Program-made: the position numbers and the translations under genes | Notes under the pieces: model-generated | The model's input: only the letters and a program-made list of their open reading frames with translations | The model's database searches: none | Told to the model about the DNA's origin: nothing | Assembly: GCF_963921235.1 (NCBI RefSeq) | Contig: NC_086097.1 | Span: 67,520,001 to 67,580,000, forward strand | Length of the DNA: 60,000 nt | Source: Mobula hypostoma | Taxonomy: Eukaryota | Direction: 5' to 3' | Shown: piece by piece, positions 1-13,119 of the stretch | Layout of the letters: the number at the start of each line of letters is the position of its first letter | Numbering within the stretch: the stretch's first letter is position 1

Positions 1-830
1 AGTTTGTCCAAACTTTCCTTGCAGCACATGCCCTGTAATCTAGGCAGCTTTGTAGTAAATAACTTCTGCACCCTCTCTATAATCTCCATATCTTTCCTAT
101 AATAGGACATCCAGAAATTAATGCAATACTTGAGGTGTAGCCTAACGGGAGGTTTATAAAGATGCAACATAATATCCTGACTCTTGAATTTAGTACCCTA
201 TGTAATAAATGTCGTGCGCTATCTTTACCACTCTATTGACTTGTATGGCTACTTTCAGGGGACTGTGGACTTGGATCCCAAGATTCCTCTGTATATCAGC
301 ACCTCAACCCCATTCTTCTCCCTTCTCCGATAACCTTTGAAACTCTTACTAATAAAGAACCTACCAATCTCCACTTTAAACATACTCAGTGACTCTCCCT
401 CCACATATTCACTACCCTCTGGCTAAAGAAATTCTTCCTCATTTCTTTTCAAAAGCAATGCTTACATCACTTGTGTTTTGAGGCTGTACTGTCTGGTCCC
501 AGATTCCCCCACTATAGGAAACACACCCTCCACATCCACTGAATCTAGGCCTTTAAATATTCAATAGATTTCCATAAGATCCCCCTTCATTCTTCCAAAC
601 TTCAGTGAGTACAGGCCTAGAGCAATCAAATGCTCCTCATAAGTTAACCCTTTCATTCTTGAGATCATTCCCACGAACCTTCTCGGGACCCTCTCCAATG
701 CCAGATGTTAGCCTTGCTGGTCTATATATCCCAGTTTTTTGTTTGCATCCCTCTTTAAATAAAGGCACAACATTTGCTACAGATGATGATGCAAATATCT
801 CAGCTAGGGCTCCAAGAAATTCTTCTTGAA
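1..830 (-). mobile_element. Degraded CR1-type LINE fragments
   Basis: Reverse-strand remnants of CR1 ORF2 (ANVVPLFKEG..YRPARLTS) and CR1 3' sequence. Confidence 0.6.
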
Positions 831-1970
831 GCAAAATAATGTACTTGTTTGGTAATGATCACTTCTCTTACATGGAGGTCTGTGATTTAGCATATTTCAT
901 ATGAAACATGTCACTTTTTGAGGATATCCTTGGCATTCCATGAATGACTCCCCTCCTCTACTCGGGAAATTAAACAACCTTTAGCTGGTACATCTTTCTT
1001 ACAGGTTCTGTTGTTCTCTTGCATCACTTTCTCTTATAGATATTCATGTTCAGTGGAGCTTTGGGTCTCATCGTGCTCTACATATAACTACAAAATAAGA
1101 GGCCAGTCATTTAAAATTGAGATACTGGGTAACTTCTTCTCAGAGGGCGGTGAGTGTCCCGAATTCTCTGTCCTGGATGAAAGCTGGATTACTAGAAGTA
1201 TTTAAAGTGGAGTTGGATAGACATTTAATAGATCACGGAATAGGAGAGTATGGAGAGGAGATGCAGAAGACAAGTTGACGTTAGCGTAGATCAGTCATGA
1301 TAGTAGTAAATGGTAGGGCAGGCTTGAAGGGCCTGATGACCTACTTCTGTTCCTATTATATTCATTGGGCACCCATCTATATTGATCCCCTCTTCCTGGA
1401 CTTGGTTCCTAGCCCTCTATGCCTAAGCGATTCTTTTTAAATGCTATTACTTTCTCTGCTAGTGAATTCTAGCTACTCACCATTCACTGGGTGAAAAAAG
1501 TCACTCTCCAATTTCCCCCCTAAATCTTTTATCCTATACTCTAAATCTGCCTCCTATAGTTTTATTCACTTCTAACAAGGTGATACTTTTTTACTGTCAA
1601 CCCTTCCTAAACCCCTCATAATTTTGTATTTATAGAACGTAGACCAGCACAGCATAGGAATAGGTCATCCGGTCCACAATGTGGTGTCAAACCAGTTTAA
1701 AAAGCAAATCAAAAACACCCAAACACTAATTCCTCCTACCTACATCATGTCCATGTTCCGCCATCTTCCTTATATCCATATACCAAACATCTCTTGAAAG
1801 CCTCTGATGTATTTGTCTCTACCACCATACCAGGCAGTGCATTCCTCAACTCTGTGAGTTAAAAAAAAAAATTACCCTTCACGTTCCCCATGAACCTAAA
1901 CCTCTCACCTTCAATGTGTACCACCTGGTAATAGACATTTCAACCCTGGGAACCCTGTCTGCTCTACCTA

Positions 1971-2158
1971 GAAGAATTCTGGAAGATAGGCCATCAACTG
2001 TTCGCTGTTGATGTTTCTGTAGCAGGCAATTTCTTTTTTACGAGGTTGAATTGCTAGCTCAACGCTCAACCCAGCACGGTTGGAAAGCATGGCTGGATTC
2101 GAACTCGGAACCTTCCGCCCCGAAGTCCAGCGCTGATGCCACTACGTCACCAGTTGGC
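1971..2158 (-). mobile_element. tRNA-derived SINE inserted in a CR1 3' fragment
   Basis: Minus-strand A box TGACGTAGTGG and B box GAGTTCGAATCC; 14-bp TSD GTCTGCTCTACCTA at 1957-1970 and 2159-2172. Confidence 0.85.
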
Positions 2159-2639
2159 GTCTGCTCTACCTATGCCTCTCATAACCTTGTAAACCTATAT
2201 CGGATCTCCCCTCCGCATCTGGTGCTCCAGGGAAAACAACCTAAGTTTATCCAGTCTCTCGTGATAGCATATGCCCTCTCAACCTGGCAGCATCCTGCTA
2301 AATCTGTTCTGCACCCTCTCTAAAGCTTCAATATCCTTACTATGGGGGTGGGAGGAACTAGAATTGTACACAATACATCTGGAGGCAGCCTAACCAGAAT
2401 TTTATTAAGTTGCAATATAACCTCTTGAACTTTGAACTCAATGACTCCATAAGCCTTCTTAGCTGCGTTATCGTCCCATATAGCCACTTACAATGAGCTA
2501 TGAACTTAGCTCCTAAGATCTCTCTGCTCAACAAAACTGTTAAGGATCTTACCCTTAACAGTGTACTGTCTCCTTCCATTTGCCCTACCGAGGTACACCT
2601 CACATTTATCTGGGTTAAACTCCATCTGCATTTTTGTCT

Positions 2640-2775
2640 ATCTTTTGAGGCTGAGTTGCTACCTTGACACTCAACCCAGCATGGACGAAAAGCTTGCAAA
2701 GAGCTGGCTGGATTCGAGCCCAGGGCCACTCACCTCAAAGTCCAGTACAGGTGCCACAACATCTCTGGCTAGCCA
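2640..2775 (-). mobile_element. Older copy of the same tRNA-derived SINE
   Basis: Shares ctcaacccagca...gctggattcga...aagtccag with the 1971-2158 copy. Confidence 0.7.
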
Positions 2776-4249
2776 TGAGTATATGTGACCACTTTTTTTT
2801 TAAAGTTGACTGCATGTTCCCAGTACTCGATGAGAAAACATGTATAATAGTTGTCTGCAGATGCCTGATGCATCCAAAACAGAATGTCCTTTCTAATTGG
2901 GTATCCAATACTTCCAAGTAATTATAACATTGTTCAAGGGGCTTTTATGCGAAATGGAGAGATGTGTGTCACTTGCAGGCTGAAGAGATTAATTTGTCAT
3001 CGTGCTTGGTACAGCATCATGGAACAAGGGCCTATTCCTGTGCTATACTGTCCCATATTCTATCCATTCAAGAAGACATTGGTGCTTTTATTATCATAAC
3101 TCTATTAGTAGTTCATTAGACTGTAGTGCCTTTAACTGGTCTTCAGAACCCTTCTTATGCTCTTTTAAATGTACTACATACAAATTGATAATTCGTTATG
3201 GACTTCTAGTGAGCGCTATCTTCCTGCTTGTGCCATTATCAGATGTTTCCCCCACACTAAGGGTCTTTTGTTATGGGATACTACACACATACTTGCTATC
3301 TAAATCTATTTTGGTTTATGTCTGTGTTGCTGTTTGGGAAGCTTTGAGGAACAAAGGTATATGATGCAAGCTGTTGGTATCATTAAACACTGCAAGATCT
3401 TTGTTTTCCTCTTATTACACAAATTCTAATAGAGAAGAAGAGCAATAGAACTTGTCGGAGTGGTTTGAGACCTTCATACAACACTGAACAGAAAGTGAAT
3501 TAAAACTATACAGCAAATGTGCTAACAAATCATCAATTTGTACATGGTCTCTAACTTTCCAGTTCTGATATCCTTAATCATTCTAAGTGGGATATACTAT
3601 ATGGGCCGGTTTTTCCTTGAGAATAATAAAGATGAACTTTAGGAATCCATGTACAACCGCTTATACATTTTTAAAAGGAGATGCCAGCATTCGGGTTATA
3701 ATGGAGGAAGGATTGACTGGTGCATGCACCTAGCAGATAGAATCATGTAAGCAATCAGTTTAGAAGAAGTCATTGTGAGTGGCAGTAAGTACATCTAAAG
3801 AAGGTATGGTTCTCTCATATTATCTCAATAAGAAACTAAATGATGAGATCAATAAGATTCCTGCAGTGTATAAAATAATAGAGATTGTGTTTTCATGTCA
3901 TCATTGTTCCTGATTTGCCCTTATTGGTATCCTTCACACTTCATTTCAATAAATACCTCCCACCTGTTCCTGTCTTCTTAAAGAAACATTTCTCTAGCTG
4001 GATTATCTAAAATGGATGTGAATATTATGCAGTAAGATATTTTCACCAGTTTAGACAATGGAGCGTTAAGTTGCCAGCAGAATGTATATCAAGGATGGTG
4101 TTAAATCCACTTAACATGTCTATTTTCTCTTATTAAACATGATTAAAATCACACTGTCCTTGGAATATGTGATAGGTTAGTACTTTTACTGCAATTATGT
4201 GGGAGATGCATGGGGCTATTTGTGATTTGGAGGGCATGTTTATAAGATT

Positions 4250-5040
4250 GTTATATTGTGTATGGTCATGCACTTTGGTAGAAGAAACAAAAGGGTTGAG
4301 TATTTTCTAAATGGAGAGAAAATACAAAAAACGGAGGCGGAAAGGGAATCCTTGTGCAGGATTCTCTAAGAGTTAATTTGCAGGTCAAGTCTGTGGTTAG
4401 GAAGCAAATGTGACATTAATATTCATTTCAAGAGGTCTAGAATATAAAAGCAAGGATATAATCTTGAGATTCTATAAAGCACTAGTGATACCTCACTTGG
4501 AGTATTGTGAGCAGTTTCTGGGCTCCTTATCTTAGAAACTGGAGAGGGTTCAAAGGAGGGTCATGAAAATGATTCCAGGGTTGAATGGCTTGTCATATGA
4601 AGAGTGTTTGATGGCTCTGGGCCTGTATTCACTAGAATTCAGAAGGATGAGGGGTGACCTCATTGAAAATTATTGAATGGTGAAAGGCCTTCATAGAGTC
4701 AATGTAGAGAGGATGTTTCCTGTGATGGAAGAATTTAAGACCAGAATCTCTAGAATAGAGGGGTGTCTTTTGGAACAGAGATGAGGAGGAATTTCTTTAG
4801 CCAGAGAGTGGTAAATCCCTTTAATTTTCTGCCACAGGCAGCTGTGGAGACAAAGTCTTTATGTTTATTTAAGGCAGAGTTTGATAGATTCTTAGTTGGT
4901 CAGGCATGAAGAAATGTGGGGAGAAGGCGGGAGATTAGGGCTGAGAGGAAAATTGGATCTGCCATGATGAAATAGCGGAGCAGACTCTATGGGCATAATG
5001 GCCTAATTCTGCTTTTATGTCTTAAAGTCTTATAGTCTTA
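4250..5040 (+). mobile_element. CR1 LINE 3' fragment
   Basis: Decayed ORF2 C-terminus (LEYCEQF, RRNFFSQRVV-like) and a tail of short repeats. Confidence 0.8.
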
Positions 5041-6261
5041 TAAAGACAGTTCAGAGTAGCCATGGCCCTCTTGTCATGAGGCTCCGGAATTTATTCATAG
5101 TGCTGTACAGTGCAAAAGTAGGCCTTTCAGCCCTTTGTAACCACAGCAGCCATTAAATACTTGTCTGTATTCTTCCTGTCTTAGTTTGTGATCTAACATT
5201 GGTTAATCAAGAGTTTGACCAAATGCTACTTAAATGTAGTGAAAATACCTGCCTCCATCACCACATAAGCAATATGTTCTAAACAGCTGGGTGGAAAAAG
5301 CTCTTTGTCAGATTCTATTTAAACCTTTTGTCTATTTTATTAAACGTGTGCCCTCAAGTTTTGGGTGTTCAGCCTATCCAATCTCTCTCAAAGGAAAAGC
5401 AACACGCCTTATTCTGGATGGTATTAAGTTTGGATAGATCCAAAGAGAATCTTTCTTTCACTCTTTTGTACCAGTAACATCTCCTTGAGACCAGGATTGC
5501 CGTTCTGTAATGGTACTTGAGGGCTTGAATTGGAACATATGGATCTAAAGTGGGAATCTACCCCTCCACACCCACCACACCATTCCATGATCATATTTAG
5601 CATTTAGACCGTGAGAAGATGAGTTATCCTTGTCAGTTAAGCAAATATTTAAAGGACCTGTATATTCTGGTTGCAGCTGAGTTGTGATCTTCCTGGTGGA
5701 TTCTGGCTGAGCTTACGAAATCTCACAATTGTCAGCATTTTACAATATCTTGTTCTATATTATCTGTTCACTCAAAGCTATATGACTGTTTTAACTATCG
5801 ATGAGCTTATATAGAGACAATATGTGAAATAATTGATTATTTTGTGTTTCATAATCATATACCCCATGTAAACCTGTTAGTCTCACAATGAAAAGCCATG
5901 GTTTACAACCTTTCATATCTCTTATCATATTGACATTTTAACTAATTTTTCTTCATATAGTCGTTCTTGAGAGGAGACTATGCATTTTTTCTACAGATAG
6001 TAGCAAGTCATTGGTGGATTGTTTTTTAAATTTTAGTGATATCAAATATAATCCCTTTTTAGAGGGCAAAGAACCTTTTTTTCTCTTTTGTCCATCAGTG
6101 CAGTTTGTGGTGAAAGGTAATATAAGGAACAGCAAATGGCTGGGGAAAAACGTTTTTCATGTTTGTTTGTCTCCCAATCTACATTACCCTTAGAACGGAT
6201 GCAGTAGAGAAGAGACAGTCACACCTCTTTGGATTTGCTAAGAGGAAACTGAGATGCATAC

Positions 6262-7107
6262 TGTTACGTACCCCGTAACTGGGTTGCCAAACCAGCAGAA
6301 ATGGACCACTTAGTTGGAGTCTGGATTACTGGAACTAAGAAAGTTTTATTAAAGAAATAAGCAACACAGTACTCTAATAGTAAGGATATAAATGCAACAA
6401 GTTAGCAATGAATAAACGCACATGTACACGGAACTATGATAATAGGATCAATCAAGCTCTATCGCATTCTAGGGGTAAATGATCAGTTTCAAGTGACGCA
6501 AAGTTCAGTTCAATTTAGTTCAGTTCAGTTCGCAGTAATCGCTGTTGTGCTGTTGGGGCGGAGAGAAGAGAGAGAGCGAAAGCGAATGAATATTCAAAAC
6601 GGATTCCAAACAGACCTTTGATATTCCTCGCAGTTAGCTTTTGGATGAGCCCTTTGTAATGTCTTCTGAGGTCACCGACTGTGACCCCTCCGTTCCAGAT
6701 ACGATCGTTCTTCTGCGGTGAACCCGGCACCCAGGCAAGGGCGGACACACACACCGGGTTCCCGCCCGACCGTATCTTTCCACCCTGTGCGTCTATGGCT
6801 GGTCCCGCGACCAGACCTCCAAAACTCCCACCAGCTTGTGGGGGCACACCGTTTCCAGGGTCTCGTTACCTCGTGGTGTCGTGTGTCTGTTGCCTTAGCG
6901 AATCTGTCCCTTTTTATCCCCCTGCTGGGGTATTGCCTGTCCATCAAACTTCAAACAGTTCAGGATTCAAAGCCACCGGTCTCTGACAATACTCAGAACT
7001 GTGTCTCCTTTTCGTTAATCCCTCTCGTCTCTCATTAACATTTCTGAATGTTCCCCCGTTGTCCTCTTATCGGCATCAATCTTCTGATAATTTGGTCTGT
7101 CGTCACA
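6262..7107 (-). mobile_element. Solo LTR (846 bp) related to the intron-2 Gypsy element
   Basis: TGTTACG...CGTCACA termini; 4-bp TSD ATAC (6258-61 and 7108-11); first ~700 bp align to 21237-21890. Confidence 0.9.
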
Positions 7108-8742
7108 ATACATAGGCCATAATCCAGTTCATACCCAGCAGTTGTATAACAGAAGTCTTTCTGAACAACAGGCTGTTCCCAGGTGCACATATTGAGACAG
7201 ACATCAAGTGCTGCTAGAAGGTAATCATTTTGGTGAAGAACGTCCTTTGGTCTCACCATAACTTGGCCTTCCAACACAGTAAGATGCCCATTAGAGAATG
7301 CTACTGAATGCACTGTGGGGAAGGACCGTGACTTTTGCATGCCACAGTATATAGCAGTAAAAGTGAGTGGGAAGTTGGATGATTGGGAAGCTTTTAAAAT
7401 CCCAACGAAAAAAGCTATAGGAAGGGAAAAGATGAAATATGAGACTGGCCAGTAGTATAAAGCAGAATACTAAAAGATTTTTCAGTTATATAAAGAGTAA
7501 AGAGCAGGAAAGGAATGGAAGATTATGGGCTGAGTGCAGGTCGGTGGGACTAGGTGAGAGTAAAGAGTGCGGTATGGACTAGAAGTGCCGAGATGGCCTG
7601 TTTCCGTGCTGTAATTGTTATATGGTTATTACTACACGTGGAAAGGCAGAGTTGAGTTGGGCAGCTTTTCAAACAATGAAAGCTTGTATCATCTTCAAAT
7701 GTGGCCACAGTGGTATGTTTGTTTGCATTCTTTTGTTTTTAAATCAAGTTTACCTAATCTAACAATACAGAACAACAACCAGCTGACTTGGACATTGCAT
7801 GGTGGAGGGGCAAGTCCAGTGTTCCACAACATTAGCGACAGGTGGAACCTCAGTATGTAGCCACTCTTGGTGCCAATTTATCTTGAGTCCACACACTGAT
7901 ACAGCCACACACGAAGATGGTCATCAGGATGAGAACAACATTGAGTACATTTTTTCGTCGTTCTTGGGGATCTCGTGCATTGTGATCCATCGGACTGGTG
8001 TTCCCTTGCACTAATGCAATGGAATTGGCAAGCTGAACGTGTACCCATTTAAACCTAATAAAGTTCACCCATTTTAGTGGAGGGGAACAGCTGCAGAATA
8101 GTACTGGTTAATTTATATTTTAAATTGAGTTTGTTAATTAGTGTTTTTAATCTGTTCATTGTTCTTTTTTAATATTTTTATAAGTTTAGGAATATCAGTA
8201 GTTTGACTGTCTTTTGGTTTATTCAGCTGTTGTATAGATTAGGCTTGTACTAACCTGCCTATTTACTGAGACTCGGATAGTGCATTGATAGTGGTAGCTC
8301 CACAAAGGATAAGCAAATAGTAAACATGAACGATAATGTTGCATGTGAGCAGCTCATCATTGGAAGCAAGATTGGGCATTTTATTTGTCAAATTATTAAT
8401 TTTCAGCACAGTGGTGTAAGGAGAGAACTGGATCAGTCATTTACATGACATTACACTCCACTGAGGCATTATTTAGGATGTTACAGGCCCACTGTACCTG
8501 TTTCTTCATTTAGTTAGTCATCAGATAATGCTAAAGCTCAATTTTCCTTTCTGTTTCAAAACATAGAATGTTAGGCCTCAAAAATAAATTTAAAACTATG
8601 TACATATTACAGTATGAGAATTGGTTTGGGAAAGGAGAGGTAGGGTTTAGGGTGAATGGCCTCCCTGATTTCACTGCTAAGGTTTTAAAATTACTCTTAG
8701 CTAGTCCCAAAATAAACACTTTTATTTGCAACACTGTGCTAT

Positions 8743-8830
8743 CACGTTCTGATGTGATTGAGGTGTTTCCTTGTACAATAACTTATTTCACTGGAGTTTG
8801 ACTATCAATGTGTACACGTTCTGCACGTAG
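8743..8830 (-). promoter_or_regulatory. Candidate intronic hypoxia-response element cluster
   Basis: Three RCGTG cores on the minus strand (8743-47, 8815-19, and CTACGTGC at 8823-30) in non-repetitive intron 1. Mammalian EGLN3 has a known HRE in intron 1. Confidence 0.45.
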
Positions 8831-10242
8831 CACTGTCATTAAACCATCAAGCATTTGGCTGGGAGCCAAAGTTTGCAGGAAACAGCTATCCTACTCCCAA
8901 ACATTACTGTTCATGATTACGTTGTAGATAACATGTTGCAAATTACAGTCAGATAATTGTATTCCAACAGCATACAAGGGCACAAAATTAATCCTTCTAG
9001 ATACTTTCAGCCATCTAGTTGTACTTTGTTTTAGGTTTGTACCCAAGTAATTCATGTTTTATTCTCAGGCTGACTGGGCATCACCCCTCACCAGTACCAT
9101 TCCAATGCTGATTAGGTCTCATTCTTGAGCTCATGCTCTCTATTTTCTTTTCCAGAAAATTTTGACTTCTCTGACAGCATGGAGTTTGCAGTGAGAAGTT
9201 GTTATTTGGTGTTAAGGATTTGTGTAGTTTTATATACTTTTAAGATTTTAAGATCATTTATACTTTAAGGAGATTTGTTATGTCACTAAATACTTCAGCA
9301 AGTTTTTACAGATGAACCTTAGAGAACATTCTTACAGGTTGCATCACTGTCTGGTATGGAGGTGCCAATGTACAGAATCATAGTCTTCAGAGGTTTGTAG
9401 ACCACTTTTTTTTAAACTGACCACTCTGTAGTAATGAGGAATTGCCTTGTATTCCTCTTGTTGAACCAAGATTTCATATTTGTGACTTTCCGATCTCTTG
9501 GCATCTTTTCCCAGTCCAAGGAAGACTGTAAGATCTCTATCCTCATTTTCCTTAGTGAGAAGGGATGCAAATCATCTGCACCAGGTAACTTGTGCACTCT
9601 TAAGTATGACCAGCCTTTCTAGGACATGCTGCCAGTGAAGTTCACCCATCCGTAGCCTCTACCATCTCTGCTTTAGTTACTGTTTAGTCAGCATCCTTTT
9701 TCTCATTAAGAATTTTAGCCTTTTCATCCCCAATTTATCTTAGCTCGCCTCTTTGCTATGTAAGGAATTTTTGCTCCCTTGTATGTTAACTGCCATTTTA
9801 TTCTTGCCAATCTTGTTTTCCTTTTCACTTCCTCCCTCAAATTTATTAATCTTGTTTTTCCTCATTACCTTTACTGATGAAGTCATAGTGGAAGTAATAC
9901 ATTCTCAATCCAGGATTGTATTTTATCTGGTTCTTAGTAATTCACCTAATGTGCATCGTGCAACATTTTTTTGTTTCCTGTTTTCTTAATCTGCCTTGTC
10001 CGTGTTCACTTAGTTCCAGGATAATTTATTTTTAAGTAATTCAACTTATAGTTGAAGTTTAATTAAGACAGTTCCTTGTAATATTAATGCCACTTGCAAG
10101 ATAATTTCTGTATGGACTCCTTGGTCCATCAAATTATTTGCACCAGGTAACTTGTTCACTCTCAAGGGGCTTTTGTTTTAGTGGCAAACTGATGCTCTGT
10201 GTTATGTCTATTTAATTCGGTGATGTTGGATTCTCGGGTAGG

Positions 10243-10832
10243 TGGTGGTAGCATCTGTTAATCTTGCGAGACCATGAATCTGCACCTGGAAGGTTTCCAG
10301 GGCGCAGGCCTGGCCAAGGTTGTATGGAAGACCGGCAGTTGCCCATGCAGCAAGTCTCCCCACTCCACGACACTGATGTTGTCCAAGGGAAGGGCAAGGG
10401 CCGATACAGCTTGGCACCAGTGTCGTCGCAGAAATTGCCAGAACGAGGTTGAAGACAAGGTTGGACTGCCTTAGGGACTCCAGCTCCGGATGCGTCCTCA
10501 GGGTTTACTCCCGTAGTCTTTCCCATGAGTTGGTATGGCTGCAAGGCAGTGGAGGTTTGAAATCAGAGTTTTCCCTCTCTTAGATGGACTGCCTTCCCAG
10601 GCTGACGAGCTGCATCTACCCGAAGCACTGGTTATAAGGTGCCAGGACCCACCTTCACCCCTTCTCCTGTCAGTAGAAACAGTTCCACCAGGCTTAGAGG
10701 CTAAGCCACATGAGAAGGCCAGGAGTTGGACTTGGTTGTCAGAGGCTATTTGAGGCACATGCTGTGAGGAGCACTTTTAGGTAGTGGGAGCTTGTCCCCA
10801 TTGCCACTTCTCGGCTTGACAACCTTGGAATC
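10243..10832 (-). mobile_element. RTE-related SINE/non-autonomous element, family A
   Basis: RTE-like 5' UTR motif (CTCGTCAGCCTGGGAAGGCAGTCCATCTAAGAGAGGGAAAACTC), (CAC)n tail, flanking duplication TTGGA(T/A)TCTCGGGTAGG at 10226-42 and 10825-41. Confidence 0.75.
10664..10832 (-). ncRNA. Probable decayed HDV-like ribozyme (no P4, hairpin in L3) at the 5' end of SINE family A
   Basis: P1 GATTCC/GGAACT (GGTTCC in the copy at 43127), J1/2 helix GGTTGTCA/TGACAACC, P2 CTCCTG/CAGGAG, P3 GCC/GGT, L3 TTCTCATGT plus hairpin GGCTTAG/CTAAGCC, J4/2 CTGA. Confidence 0.5.
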
Positions 10833-12306
10833 TCGGGTAGGAAGTTAGTGCGATATAATACAATCTCCTTTTTTTCATTGATGGGATATGTGGATGACTG
10901 GCAAGCCAATTATATTGCCCAATCGTAGTATGTGAGTGGATACAGTACATAAATATTGGGTCTGAATGGAAAAGGAGGATAGCAAGTAAGACAGATTTCT
11001 TAATAACCAAATTATTGTGACTGCCAAATTATTACACTTTTACTGATAGTGGCTTTTTTAATTGCAAGATTATTTGCTAAACCATATTCATGGTAGGATT
11101 TGGTTGCCAAATTAAAGCAGTACCCCAGGGCTGGTGAATCTTTTTCAGAGTGTGTTCAAATTGGCGATAATCTTCTTTAAAAAAAATTCTCCAGTGTGCC
11201 ATGGTAATTTTGAATCAGAATCAGGTTAATTATCACTGACATGTTATGAAATTTATATTGTGGCAATAGTACAGTGCAATATATAAAAATATTGCTATGT
11301 TACAATAAGAAAGAGAAAAAAGTAGTGCAAAAAGAGAACAAAAAGTAAGGTAGTGTTCATGGTCTGTTCAGAATTCCAAAGGCAGGAGGGAGAACACTGT
11401 TTCTAAAACATTGTGTGTGCGTCTTTAGGCTCCTCCACCTGCTCCCCAGTGATAGTAACAAGAAGAGAGCATATCCTGGATGGTGGTTCTTAACAATGGA
11501 TGTCACCTTCTTGAGACTTTGCCTTTTGAAGATGTCCTCTATGGTGCGGACGGTTGTGCCTAGGATGGAGCTGGCAGAGTTTACAATCCCCTGAAGTTTT
11601 TATCATTTAATCAGCAGAGATTATCATTGGTTAATGAATTAGTAAAAATAATTATGGACTGTTTTGTTAAGGAAGAAGGATGAATCCTGTTGCTTATTTA
11701 CAGTATGTCTATTTTTTGTTTTACTAGTAATAAAAGTATGAAGGAAATGAATTTAAATGGAGCATTTTAGAAAACCTATTCAAAACTTATTGATATTAAT
11801 GCTTTAAAGGACAATTGAAAAATAACATTTCTAATTGGTATTGTTCTCGTAACCAATTACTATCCAAATACTGATGTGTACACCAGATCTGCAAAGATTT
11901 CAAAAGATGTCATCCAATATCACATGTCTTGTAACTGTATAGGTGGTGCCAAGCTGGTTTGAGACGATTCCTGTGAAAACATCTTACTGCTCTTGGGTTG
12001 TAAAATATCATTTGCTGTTTCATATGGCAGTAAAGATAATTATTATGCATCTTTTTATTATCGGTGTGTGTTTTAAAGAATCAAAGGGCGGCACTGCAAG
12101 CTGTTTGCCAACAATTTTTTTGCGGTACCATCTTCAGCATCCATGCTATAGATTTGATGCCCCCCCCCCATCCCCACCTCCTTTTTATTAGGCCATTAGA
12201 TTATGAAGCAAGTAATATAGCTACTGTTGCACCTCTTTGGTTTGGAATCAGAGCCTAATGTTTCTCTGCATTGTTAATAGTGCATCTATATTAGGGATTA
12301 CAAACA

Positions 12307-13119
12307 CAGTGGATTCCAGTTAATGGGGCCATGGGTTAATCAGGGTGCTGCTTATTTGAGAAAACTCCTAAAGAACAAAAAAAAAATTGAGAAAATAGCT
12401 GGGATTCCCTTCATTTACTTGGGACACTATGCTGCTTAATTAGAACAGAAAACTGTTGCTGAACAGTTTCTGATTTGTGTCAGTGCATCCACGTGTGTGG
12501 CTGTTAGATAATGCACCACACTTGGACAGAACAGTTTTTAAATAGTGTAAGTTGCGTGTTTGTGTTCAAAAAGCAGTGATTTTTGTTGCTGATAGTTGAC
12601 GAGAAATGAGCAGCAAGACAATTCAGAATTGTTTTGCCCACTGCAGTTTCAAGCAGAAAATGGCACAAGTGAAAATGAAATGATTTCATTACTTCAACAC
12701 TTTAGGAACTATGAAGAATTTGAAGGTATCAACAGTCATCTTGAATGTTAAAATGAAAATGAAGATTTGGAGGATACAATTTTTGAAAACATTGTACGTA
12801 GGCAGTCCATTATCTACATGAGGTGTCTGCGCTGATTTTGTTCATTTACGATCAATCAAAAGAACATGGCAGTATGCATTAGATGAATTCCTCCATCGAT
12901 ACCTATTAGGAGCTTATACACAGTTTAATAGTACTGTAGTAGTATTGATAATGTTCTAGTTCTGTATTTCATTTAAATACACAATTTGTTACTCAGTTAA
13001 ATGGTAGTTGGTATTTTTTCTACCTCTTTAACTATCTACATGAAACTTTGGCTATTTAACCATGTGATTGGGGCAGAATGCATTGGTCTTGTTGTATCCC
13101 AATTAACCAGAGTCCACTA
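12307..13119. mobile_element. Tigger/pogo-like non-autonomous DNA transposon (MITE)
   Basis: Imperfect TIRs CAGTGGATTCCAGTTAATGGGG and CCCAATTAACCAGAGTCCACTA followed by TA. Confidence 0.65.

Noticed and set aside
2080..2158. tRNA gene
   Set aside because: A/B boxes are present, but there are several diverged copies with tails and TSDs, so it is a SINE head.
9577..10166. ~27-bp direct repeat TGCACCAGGTAACTTGT at ~9577 and ~10140
   Set aside because: It lies in a decayed LINE fragment; likely a local duplication with no sign of function.
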